Shown here piece after piece: positions 1-9,227 of a stretch of 64,000 bases of DNA. Position 1 is the stretch's first letter. Each line of letters starts with the position of its first letter. Made by a program: the position numbers and the translations under genes. Source of the DNA: an uncultured Spirochaetota bacterium (GTDB taxonomy: Bacteria; Spirochaetota; Brevinematia; Brevinematales; JAOACQ01); contig CAWAOD010000009.1 of NCBI GenBank assembly GCA_963783575.1, forward strand, positions 576,001 through 640,000, given 5' to 3'. The notes below the pieces were generated by a model. The model had not been told where the DNA came from, did no database searches, and saw only the letters and a program-made list of their open reading frames with translations.

Positions 1-152
1 TATTCTTAAATATAAAGGATAATAAAATATAACAGACAGGCTTGATAAAAACAATAAGTTTTACGGATGATTTTTCTAAGACTTAGGGCTTACTAAATCG
101 AAAAAAACATAACAATTAATCCATAAACATCAATTTAACGGAAATAAAGAGT

Positions 153-182
153 TTGACAAAAACTGCCGGTTTTGATTATAAT
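153..182 (+). promoter_or_regulatory. sigma70-type promoter
   Basis: TTGACA (153-158), 18 nt spacer, TATAAT (177-182); AAGGAG RBS before ATG 225. Confidence 0.6.
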
Positions 183-224
183 TAAACTTAATTAAATACA
201 AATTACCGCTTCAAGGAGTATCAT

Positions 225-1509
225 ATGAGAAAATCCATTATCAATCCTGGAATAATCATAATTCCGGTGCTTTTAGTATCCTTAGTTTGCATAATGTCAA
301 AAGCTTTTGGAGATACAAATCAGGACACCAACTCCGTAAATACGAACCCGCTGGCTGAACTCCGCAATCAGCATGATAAACTTGCTCTTGAAAATGAAAT
401 AGCCGAACAGATGCTTCAAAATAAACTCTCGGCAATTCAGACAGAGATTGAGGAAATCACAAAAAAACTCGAACTGTCATCAAAACGCGCAGCCTTAAAA
501 GACACAGAAAGAAAGGAAAAAGAGGATGAAGAACTCGCGGATATGAAGTTCACGGTTGAAAAAATAAAGCTTTCCAATGATCTTGCGGAAGCTAAAAACG
601 CCGGAGATATAAGCAGGCTAGGATTAAAGAAAAATCAATATCAGCTCAGGATGACCGAACTTGAGCTTCAGAAGATGGAACTTGACAATAAGCTTGTTTT
701 ATTAAATAGTGAACTGGATGCTCCGGGATAAACAGGACCAATTGAACAACCGTGTTAACCATGATATTCAATATACGACAGAACCCTATAAAAACGGTAT
801 TCTATCAATCAGCGACCGCCGGATAGCGCTTAATGATGTTATTACAATGGAAACCGCCGATTATGTTGTCGAACGGATAAGCTATTTTAATAATCAGAAT
901 AGCGTTTACCCGATCTTCATTGTTATCGATAGTTCCCCCGGGGGGTCGGTAATGGCCGGTTATAAAATTCTAAAAGCGATGAACGGAAGCCCGGCTCCTG
1001 TTTATGTTGTTGTTAAATCATTTGCTGCAAGCATGGCCGCCAATATTACCACACAGGCGAAAAAATCGTTTGCCTATCCGAACGCCATTATACTGCATCA
1101 CCAGATATTGAGCGCCAATACCGGAAACCTGACGGAACAAAAGGAATCCGTTAAAGAGGTTGAGGAATGGTGGAAGAGGTTAGCCGCTCCGGTTGCCTTA
1201 AAAATGGGTTTAACTCTTGACGATTTCATCAAGGAAATGTATAAACACCGGAGTACCGGAGACTGGATGGAATTCGGCGACAACGCTAATAAGCTCAAAT
1301 GGGTCGACCAGGTTGTCGATACAATAAACGAGGAATCATACGTTAAAAACCCCGATTCTGCAGCCATGGCTTCGGTACATCCACGCGCCAATGAAATTCA
1401 CGAGCAGACAGATTCCGAAGGTAGGCGCTTCAAACTTCTTCCAAGGCTTGAACCGGTTGACTGTTATTATATTTATAATCCGGATAATTATTACCGGTAT
1501 GAACGCTGA
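225..1509 (+). CDS. Exported/membrane-anchored ClpP-fold (S14-like) peptidase with N-terminal coiled coil, split by a 1-nt frameshift near 720
   Basis: ORF 225-731 has a hydrophobic N-terminus plus a coiled coil. ORF 709-1509 has ClpP motifs IDSSPGGSV, AASMAA (Ser) and ILHHQ (His). Removing one G near 720 joins ELD-LRDKQDQ. Confidence 0.7.
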
Positions 1510-1977
1510 CCCTTCGGAAGGCTGACCGGAAATTCTCAGAATGGATCGAATAGTTCATCATCCGGCGGAGGAACGGTTGTTTCCAGTGAAGTATGGAAAC
1601 TGACGAATATTTTTTATTATTCAGGTACAACCGGCTCTTTTACACTTGCAAAAAAGAGTGACGGTACCACATCAGTAAGCGGAACCTGGACTAATTCCAG
1701 TTCATATTTGGGAACTACTTCCTGTCCTTTTACCGGCGGAACTGCTGTAGTTAACGGAAGTTATCTTTCATTTATAGGAAGCGGAACAGCTTACAATGTT
1801 GATGCCGGAGTTTCTTCCCAGTCGGGTTTCTCTGTTACAATGAGCAATTCAATGGCTACCAACGGGTATGTATGGGCAAACTATAAGATAATTTTTAATA
1901 ATCCTAACTGGGGAACAAATTCCGATATAATTGAGGCAGTCCGCATCAGCGGCAGTAATATTACAACAAATATCTGA
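1510..1977 (+). pseudogene. 5'-truncated Ser/Thr/Gly/Asn-rich exported protein fragment
   Basis: Frame stays open from just after TGA 1507-1509 to 1977, with no ATG/RBS or signal peptide; composition resembles a lipoprotein body. Confidence 0.4.
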
Positions 1978-1997
1978 AATATAATAATCATTTTGGT

Positions 1998-2783
1998 TTA
2001 ATGCCTGTGCTCTGTCTCATCATAACAGCCATGCTCTTTTTCGACGACAACAACATGGCCTTCCTCAAACCTGGCAATAATACCGAATGTGGATAAGAGC
2101 GCTTCTGGGGTTAAAACAGAGCTGCCAGGGCCGTATGCCACAACACGCTGTGCCAAAAGCATCGCCTGATCGCAAAGACCGGCTTCCTTAATATTATGCG
2201 TGGCGATAACCAGAGAAACCCCGCGATCAAGAAGCCTGTCAATAGACTTTTTGTAGAGTTCGATTCCAGGTACGTCAAGATTGGAAGTCGGTTCGTCAAG
2301 CAGGATTAAATCGGCATTGTGAGCTAATATGTGTGCAAGAAATATTCTCTGCCTCTGTCCTCCCGATAACGAGTTCAATGGCTTGTCTGATAAATTAAGA
2401 ACGCCCATATAGTCCATGGATTCCCTGATAAGATTTTCATCATCCCCGGTTAATCGTCTTAGAAGTCCAAGCGACGGAAAGCGTCCCATCCGCACTACAT
2501 CAATGGTCCTAAGTGGCAGAAGAAAACTTGTTGGATTGAATTGGCTCAAATAAGCCATCCTGGAAGGAAACTTGCCAGGTTCCCGGCCTAAAACCTGGAG
2601 GCTTCCGTTAATCGGAGGTAAAAGGCCTGCCATGGTTTTCAAAAATGTCGATTTACCCGAACCGTTGACACCTACTAAAGCTAATGTCTTCCCCGGTTCC
2701 AGAGTCATTGTGATATCCGGGACTATAATATGCCGGTCATAACCGATTGACAGCCCTTTTGCAATGATATATGGGGTTTTCAT
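1998..2783 (-). CDS. znuC: Zn/Mn ABC transporter ATP-binding protein
   Basis: Walker A GVNGSGKST, LSGGQRQR, LLDEP; His/Cys-containing C-terminus; operon context. Confidence 0.85.
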   Translation of the reverse strand: MKTPYIIAKGLSIGYDRHIIVPDITMTLEPGKTLALVGVNGSGKSTFLKTMAGLLPPINGSLQVLGREPGKFPSRMAYLSQFNPTSFLLPLRTIDVVRMGRFPSLGLLRRLTGDDENLIRESMDYMGVLNLSDKPLNSLSGGQRQRIFLAHILAHNADLILLDEPTSNLDVPGIELYKKSIDRLLDRGVSLVIATHNIKEAGLCDQAMLLAQRVVAYGPGSSVLTPEALLSTFGIIARFEEGHVVVVEKEHGCYDETEHRH

Positions 2784-3664
2784 TTTTTTATACCCCCGTT
2801 GTCATTCTGCAACCGATTAATTTCCTTTTCAGATGAGTCCGGATTTCCTGAACGAAAAATCCTGGTTATGATCAGTGATATAAAAAAGATTATAGTTGCA
2901 GTAAGGGTTATGGAAGCTCCTGCTGCGAAATTGAAGTGATAGCTTGCAAGTAGCCCGAAGTAGACCGAAATCATTCCAATTACCGATGCCAGGATCATCA
3001 TAGTACCCATACGCCTGGAAAACAAAGCGCTTGTCCCTGCCGGTGCCAGGAGCATGCCGAAAACCAGTAAGGTTCCTACAGTCTGAAACGACACAATTAC
3101 TGTAACCGCAATCATCAGAAGCATTATGCCATGATAAAGCCTTGCTGAAAAACCCGAAACCTGCGCCTGCTCATTACTGAAGCAGAGAAGCAGAAAAGGC
3201 CTGTGAAATATAAAGGCCGCTATGCCCAGTATGACCGTGGCTCCCAATTGAATGTAAATATCGCTGGGAGAAATTCCCAGTATTTCTCCAAAAAGGACGT
3301 TGATCAAATCTCCGGAAAAGGAATTTGACCTGGAGACAATGACAACGCCCAGCGCCAGCATACCGACAAATGACAGGCCTATGGCAGTATCCGAAGATAA
3401 TTGTGACTTCCGTGTAATGAGCCCGATGCCTCCGATCATAACAAGGCTTCCTGCGGCGGCGCCGATAATACCGGGGATACCCAGAATTAAGGCACAGGCG
3501 ACGCCCGGCAGAACTCCATGAGACAGCGCATCGCCGATGAAGGCAAGGCCGCGTAGAACCATAAATGTTCCCACTATGCCGCATGCTATTGAAACTAAAG
3601 CTCCTCCAAGAAGCGCGTTAATCATAAATTGATTGGATAAAAACGGTGTGATCAGTTCTTTCAT
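2780..3664 (-). CDS. znuB: Zn/Mn ABC transporter permease (ABC-3)
   Basis: GDALSHGVLPG motif, multiple TM helices. Confidence 0.88.
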   Translation of the reverse strand: MKELITPFLSNQFMINALLGGALVSIACGIVGTFMVLRGLAFIGDALSHGVLPGVACALILGIPGIIGAAAGSLVMIGGIGLITRKSQLSSDTAIGLSFVGMLALGVVIVSRSNSFSGDLINVLFGEILGISPSDIYIQLGATVILGIAAFIFHRPFLLLCFSNEQAQVSGFSARLYHGIMLLMIAVTVIVSFQTVGTLLVFGMLLAPAGTSALFSRRMGTMMILASVIGMISVYFGLLASYHFNFAAGASITLTATIIFFISLIITRIFRSGNPDSSEKEINRLQNDNGGIKK

Positions 3665-3718
3665 TTTACTTCAAACTCCCTGTAATAGTATCGGACGTGG
3701 CCTTTTTAATTGCAAGAA

Positions 3719-3758
3719 AAACACGGCTAATTCTTTCATAAGGAAATTAGCCGTGTTT
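3719..3758 (-). terminator. Intra-operon hairpin/terminator between znuA and znuB
   Basis: AAACACGGCTAATT ... AATTAGCCGTGTTT inverted repeat, followed by a T-run on the minus strand. Confidence 0.7.
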
Positions 3759-3763
3759 GGGTT

Positions 3764-4666
3764 TTATTTTAAGTTTTGTGTTATATTATCGACCATTGTA
3801 TTCATAAATGTAAAATAATTAAGATCGGGAAGCAAATAATGAGTAATCAAAGCCATGGATTTTACATGCGCCTCGCCGGCGAGTATTTTAACTACTTTAT
3901 CGGGAGTTCCCAATTCAATGAAGATGACTGACACATTGTTTCCCGCGATGAGCTTTTTCAGGGCCGCCATATCTGAGGCCGACACATTTCCTTCAGTGGA
4001 AAGGCTGGGAATAACCGCTCCCACCAGTTTAAAACCGTACCGCTGGGCGAAATATCCCATTGATTCATGCCCCGTAACCAGTTTCCTTTTTTCCGGGGGA
4101 ATTGACGCCACTTTCTTTTTAATAGAATCATCAAGAGAATCAAGCTTTGCGGCAAGTTTTGATGAGTTTTTAGAAAGGTCGATGGAATAGTTGTCCTTTA
4201 TGTATTTTGCCAGACCCAGGATTACAGATTTCATATTGATAGGATCCAGCCAGATATGCGGGTCCGCAGCCCCAAGTGCCTGGTCGGGATCGTCTCCGGG
4301 TATGCCTTCTCCCTGTCCGACATGCCTGACGGTAATATAGTTCGATGCCGTGAAAAATTTAACCCCCGCATCGCCGGCCTGTTTGAGAGCTTTATGCAAT
4401 CCGCCCTCCAGGTCAAGACCGTTCTGTACTATGAGATCGGCTTTAGTGATAGTTTCGATGTCCTTTGCCGAAGGCTCCCAGTCATGGACGTCTAGTCCAT
4501 TGGGGATGGATGTTTTAACTGTAAAGGAATCACCGACGAGTTCTTTAACCAGCGAACCCAGAACCGTGTAGGTGACGACAATCGTCTTTTTTTGAGCTTC
4601 CGCAAACGACTGACCGGCAAGCAGAATTAAACCCGCGCCGAGTAAAGTGATAAGTAATCTTTTCAT
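3764..4666 (-). CDS. znuA: Zn/Mn ABC transporter substrate-binding protein (cluster A-I)
   Basis: Signal peptide; DVHDWEPS, DPHIWLDP, HESMGYFA motifs. Confidence 0.88.
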   Translation of the reverse strand: MKRLLITLLGAGLILLAGQSFAEAQKKTIVVTYTVLGSLVKELVGDSFTVKTSIPNGLDVHDWEPSAKDIETITKADLIVQNGLDLEGGLHKALKQAGDAGVKFFTASNYITVRHVGQGEGIPGDDPDQALGAADPHIWLDPINMKSVILGLAKYIKDNYSIDLSKNSSKLAAKLDSLDDSIKKKVASIPPEKRKLVTGHESMGYFAQRYGFKLVGAVIPSLSTEGNVSASDMAALKKLIAGNNVSVIFIELGTPDKVVKILAGEAHVKSMALITHYLLPDLNYFTFMNTMVDNITQNLK

Positions 4667-4680
4667 ATATTTCCTCCGTT

Positions 4681-5403
4681 TTATTTGTTAGTTGTATCCG
4701 GTACAACAGAAAACGATACGGAATACCAGAAACCAATTCCATAGCCTAAAGCCCCTGAAGTAACATCTGCCAGGGTAAACGCGAGACAAAACTGATGCGG
4801 GGTGTCCGGTATGCCCAGCGAGACCCCCGGCACAATATTCAGATGAAAACCGCCGTTGTCACCAAAAACGTAAGATGGATCAATTTCGATGAAAGGATAA
4901 AGAATTCCTTTGACAGCCTTCCAAACGGGAGCGATAATTCCGCTCACGGCAGTTGAAGAATCAGGGTTATTTATGGGAATCGTGACGATACCGTTGAATT
5001 CAAACGCCATAAAATCATTTTCATAAAACAGGTGATACTGCGGCGCAATGTTGTAGTTCATAGGCTGTGTGTTATTAAACTGCAGCTGCAGGGCAATAAT
5101 GTTGTTCGGCAAAAACTCAAAACGCGGCATAATCTAGGAATAGGCATAACCCGCTTCCGGCGCAAGAGCGAAGTCCGCAGCGTCCGCAAAGAGGTCGAAA
5201 TTGGGAGTAAAACCATAGGAACCGATAATGTCGGCCGCCGTGCCGAATTTCTGTGAGATGGGAAAAGACAATGTGGGGTCAAATGATACGACCCCTTTCC
5301 CCGTCATACCGTTGAAAGCATCGTATGAATAGGAATAAATTCTTTGGGTAAAAACAGCAATTAATAATAAAAAAGCTGCAGACACTGGTAATAGACGTTT
5401 CAT
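4681..5403 (-). CDS. Putative outer-membrane beta-barrel protein interrupted by an in-frame TAG at 5134-5136
   Basis: ORFs 5134-5418 and 4681-5130 share a frame (GYAYS*IMPRFEF). Signal peptide MKRLLPVSAAF follows AAGGAG; amphipathic strands end GFWYSVSF. Confidence 0.55.
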
Positions 5404-5420
5404 AGTAAACTCCTTCATCC

Positions 5421-5529
5421 AAAATGCAAATAATTAGCGTATAGAATAAAACAAAAAAAATAAAATGTCAAAGAATACGCAAATGACTTGCATTTTAAAG
5501 TTGATTTTTTATTTTTCTTTCATTAAACT
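5421..5529. promoter_or_regulatory. Divergent promoters with two inverted Zur/Fur-like operator boxes
   Basis: Boxes 5421-5442 and 5475-5496 are reverse complements at 19/22 nt, each near TGCAA-N5-TTGCA. Minus-strand TTGACA(5471-5466)-N17-TATTCT; plus-strand TTGATT(5501)-N17-TAAACT. Confidence 0.65.
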
Positions 5530-5554
5530 ATAATAGATTATAAGGACGGTTTTT

Positions 5555-5938
5555 ATGCGTTTGCCGTTTACTTCCATCCGTAAGGAATTGCTGGATATCA
5601 TCAATCGATCGGAAAGCCCTTTGAGCGCTGCCGATATTTATGAAAAATACGGTAAAAAAGCCGATTTATCAACAGTTTACAGGGCAATACGCTATCTTGA
5701 AACGGAGGAAATGATAGAGGGATTTTCGATATTCTGCTGTTCCCATGAAAAAATGCGCTATTATTTCGGAACCGGGAAAAACCATGCGCATTTCCTGCAC
5801 TGTGAAAAATGCCACCAGTTCAAGCGTTTTGACGATTGTTTCATAGAAGATATTCAAACAAAAATTGAGGATAAGTACAAATATGAAATCCGCCATCATA
5901 CCCTTTATTTTACAGGACTTTGTGAACAATGCAGGTGA
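5555..5938 (+). CDS. zur: Fur-family regulator, probably Zur
   Basis: DLSTVYRAIRYL helix, HAHFLHCEKC and C-terminal GLCEQC; divergent from znuABC. Confidence 0.75.
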   Translation: MRLPFTSIRKELLDIINRSESPLSAADIYEKYGKKADLSTVYRAIRYLETEEMIEGFSIFCCSHEKMRYYFGTGKNHAHFLHCEKCHQFKRFDDCFIEDIQTKIEDKYKYEIRHHTLYFTGLCEQCR

Positions 5939-6081
5939 ATAAGATTGCCTTTTTTCGGTTTATGAGAAAACTTATCAATACTAACCGGTTTATTATAATT
6001 TCGCTCTATTAACAGTTGCCGTTTTTTAGTTCGATTTATTATATTAGAATAAAAGTTTGAAGTTAAAATTAGGAGAGTAAT

Positions 6082-6528
6082 ACGAAAAAAAGCGTATTTC
6101 TTTTCCTGGCGATTTGTTTTATCTTTCTTGTTTCTTTTACGGGGTGCGCTAAACCGGCAGCTTCCATCGGTTCTATCCGGATTTTCGGTCCCTGGGGACG
6201 GCCTGCGGAGCAGGGTGAAAACAGCGCCGTATACCTGGTAATTCAGAACAATGGGAAAGAAAACGACAGCCTGGTCAAAGCGGAATCGCAAGCGGCCGAA
6301 ATGGTAGAAATACATCAAACCACGATGATCAGCAATATTATGACTATGTCGCCGGTGGACGAGATCGCGGTTCCCTCAAAAGGCAAAGCCGAACTCAAAC
6401 CTGATGGTTATCATATCATGCTTATGAACCTGATAAAAAAACTTTCTCCAGGAGACAGGATCAACATAATTCTCACTTTTGCAAAAGCAGGCAGAGTTGA
6501 GCTACAAGCCGAAGTTCGAAAACAATAA
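6082..6528 (+). pseudogene. Copper chaperone PCu(A)C lipoprotein with ACG in the start position
   Basis: AGGAG at 6071, then ACG-KKSVFLFLAICFIFLVSFTGC lipoprotein signal in frame with EIH...M...GYHIMLM Cu-binding motif. Confidence 0.75.
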
Positions 6529-6535
6529 TAACTAT

Positions 6536-7162
6536 ATGCCTAAAAGTATAAAAATATTATTGGGCGTTCTTCTGGGTGTTTTAAGTCTTATAACCATAGC
6601 GGTAATCGGCGTGATTATCTGGGGTTTTATCAATTTTTCACCATCTCAGTTTCATGGGACCTGGATTTCGCCTCCAAAATTGGCTGCTGATTTCAGTCTG
6701 CAATCCGATTCCGGAATGGTTCATCTTGCTGATTTTAATGGAAAATTAGTAATGCTGTATTTCGGTTAAACATTCTGTCCGGATCATTGTCCCCTGACAC
6801 TTTCGAAGATCAATAGCGCATTATCCGTGTTAACCGCACAGGAAGTAAGCCAAATTCGTTTTGTTATGGTTTCGGTAGACCCGGAACGCGATAAAGTCAA
6901 AAAAATCACGGATTATGTGCATGCTTTCCGTTCGGATTTCATAGGATTAACCGGAACCCCTGCTGAGATAGATGACGCCGCGAAAAAGTACGGAATTTAC
7001 TATAAAAAGAATCAGGTGAATTCCGCCGCCGGTTACCTGATCGACCATACAACGAGCATACTGGTTCTGGACAGACAGGGAAGATTATGCCTGATATGGC
7101 CTGGTACTATAGAGCCTGGCGATATCGCCGGCGATCTGAAAATACTTACCGCAAGGCGCTAG
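6536..7162 (+). pseudogene. SCO1/SenC family protein with in-frame TAA at 6767-6769
   Basis: Reads LYFG*TFCPDHCP (family FGYTxCPDxCP), then VSVDPERD and YLIDHT, all in one frame. Confidence 0.8.
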
Positions 7163-7336
7163 CGGTAAAGATTGGCAAATTTATATATTTGATTATTTCT
7201 TTATTTTATCTTAAAATAAATAGCCTGTAACTATTTTCTGAGAATTATGATATATCTATTATTGTATTTAAAGTTTGATAGTTAAGAAGATTTACTCAAG
7301 AACAAATTTTATGCTTGGAATCATAGAGGGGAATTA

Positions 7337-8251
7337 TTGAAATTCAATATATTCATTTTAGATGTTGTAGCAACTGTACTGGAAGCTTTTCCGTTTTTAC
7401 TGATCGGTTCTATATTGGGAACGGTCATTGAAGTATTTCTTCCCGAAAAGCTGTTTCAGAAGAAGATTTTTCAGAAAAAAAGCACCGGTTTACTTATCAG
7501 CCTGTTTCTGGGTTTTTTATTGCCGACCTGCGAATGCGGGGTTATTCCAATCGCGAAAAAAATGGCAAAAAAGGGACTACCAGCTTATCTGGCAGTTGTT
7601 TATATGTTTTCGGCCCCTGTTATAAATCCTATTGTAATTATAGCAACTTTTGTCGCATTCCGATATAACATCTGGATGACTGCGGGCAGGGTAGGAATAT
7701 CGGCTCTCACAGCTTTTATAGTGGGCCTGGTTCTTTCCGGCCAGAAAAATATATTTCTGGAAAAGGATTCCTTGAAAGTGTCTGATATTGAGCACAATCA
7801 TCATGTAGATCAAAATTGCTGTGATGAACAGGAACTTCTAACAATACCCGATAAAATTATTTTCATTATTAGGCATGCCTCGGAAGAATTGCTTGAAATG
7901 TCAAAGTATTTGATTTTAGGCGCTCTGCTTGCTTCAGCGTTCCGGGTTCTCGTACCGAAAAGTATCATAATGCTTTTTCTGCCGAACCCATTATTTTCCA
8001 TATTATTTATGATGATCATGGCAGTATTGCTTTCCATCTGTTCGGAGGCCGATGCTTTTGTCGCTTCATCTTTCGGAAGGTTTTCACCTTTCTCCCAGCT
8101 TGCGTTTGTAACCATCGGGCCTGTAGTTGACCTTAAGCTTCTCTTTATGTATTCCGGAACATTTAAGAAAAAGGCAATAATTTTGATAACAGTTATCCCG
8201 TTTATTGTCATTTTTACAGTCTGCAATATACTGGGATTTGGAATGAGGTAA
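7337..8251 (+). CDS. YcgR/DUF318 (ArsP_1) family permease
   Basis: LPTCECG, APVINP, LSICSEADAF motifs; His/Cys-rich loop HNHHVDQNCC. Confidence 0.85.
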   Translation: MKFNIFILDVVATVLEAFPFLLIGSILGTVIEVFLPEKLFQKKIFQKKSTGLLISLFLGFLLPTCECGVIPIAKKMAKKGLPAYLAVVYMFSAPVINPIVIIATFVAFRYNIWMTAGRVGISALTAFIVGLVLSGQKNIFLEKDSLKVSDIEHNHHVDQNCCDEQELLTIPDKIIFIIRHASEELLEMSKYLILGALLASAFRVLVPKSIIMLFLPNPLFSILFMMIMAVLLSICSEADAFVASSFGRFSPFSQLAFVTIGPVVDLKLLFMYSGTFKKKAIILITVIPFIVIFTVCNILGFGMR

Positions 8252-8255
8252 AAGT

Positions 8256-8993
8256 ATGAAAAAGATTTTATCGATTTTGGGAAGTATTTCATTATTAATT
8301 TTAGGCGGATTTATTTTTTTTCTCATAATCAGCGGATTTTACAGTCATCTGCTGAATCCGGTGTTTACCTGGCTGACCGGTTCCTGTGGAGCTTTATTGA
8401 TAATTATGGGATTTGTTACGATCTTTCGCAATTTTGAAATAAAATTGTCGGCAATAATAATCATATTCGTGTTTATCATTCTTTGCCTGGTTTCTCCGGC
8501 ACTTAAACTGCATGCCGGAAACCGCAAATACACCAGGGAAACCATAAACGGCATAGAATACATTCCGATTAACCTGGGTGAAATGTTTATGATCCTTTAC
8601 AATAACCCTCCGAAAAAAGTAACTGAAATCATCGGCAGTAATAACTATGTTTTCAGCGCTTTTATTTACAGAAATAATAAACTTGACAATATAAGCAATA
8701 TTATAGTCGCAAGAGTTGCTATGGTCTGCTGTTTTGCCGATACCTGCGCTTACGGCTTCTGTATACAACTTGATGATTTAAGCCGGTATAAAAACTTTGA
8801 ATGGGTAAAAGTATACGGACATATTATAAAATTGAAACCCGATCATATTGTAGATTCCATTGAAATCGAAAGCTCGCCCAATACAGAAATCAAGGATGAT
8901 TATATGTTCGCCGCTGATAAAATCGAACCCGATAAAGAACCCCCTTCGCCCTTTATGACCGCTTTTAAACAGAAAGAACCTTTTGCATATTAA
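8256..8993 (+). CDS. YcgQ/TIGR03943 (DUF1980) family protein
   Basis: N-terminal TM segments, ARVAMVCCFAD and WVKVYG motifs; typical partner of YcgR. Confidence 0.75.
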   Translation: MKKILSILGSISLLILGGFIFFLIISGFYSHLLNPVFTWLTGSCGALLIIMGFVTIFRNFEIKLSAIIIIFVFIILCLVSPALKLHAGNRKYTRETINGIEYIPINLGEMFMILYNNPPKKVTEIIGSNNYVFSAFIYRNNKLDNISNIIVARVAMVCCFADTCAYGFCIQLDDLSRYKNFEWVKVYGHIIKLKPDHIVDSIEIESSPNTEIKDDYMFAADKIEPDKEPPSPFMTAFKQKEPFAY

Positions 8994-9054
8994 AAAATCC
9001 GGTTTTCTTGACAAATATTCAATATTTTAATAATTTTATCAAGTTGTGATATTT

Positions 9055-9196
9055 GGGCAGTTCGAAAATCTTATTAAAAACCAGTTTTTTATAAAACGGA
9101 ACTGCCTTTAAGTTTTTGTAATTGTATATGAAAGAAAGACAAAAACTTCATCAATATTTAAACAGGCACTTCTAAAATGAGTTTTTAGAAGTGCCT
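9055..9196. repeat. MITE-like two-hairpin repeat, copy 1
   Basis: GGGCAGTTCGAAAA left end; 14-bp perfect hairpin AGGCACTTCTAAAA/TTTTAGAAGTGCCT at the right end; homologous to 37575-37714 and 39903-40059. Confidence 0.8.
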
Positions 9197-9227
9197 ATTA
9201 ATAATTCTATAACATATCATCGGAGGC

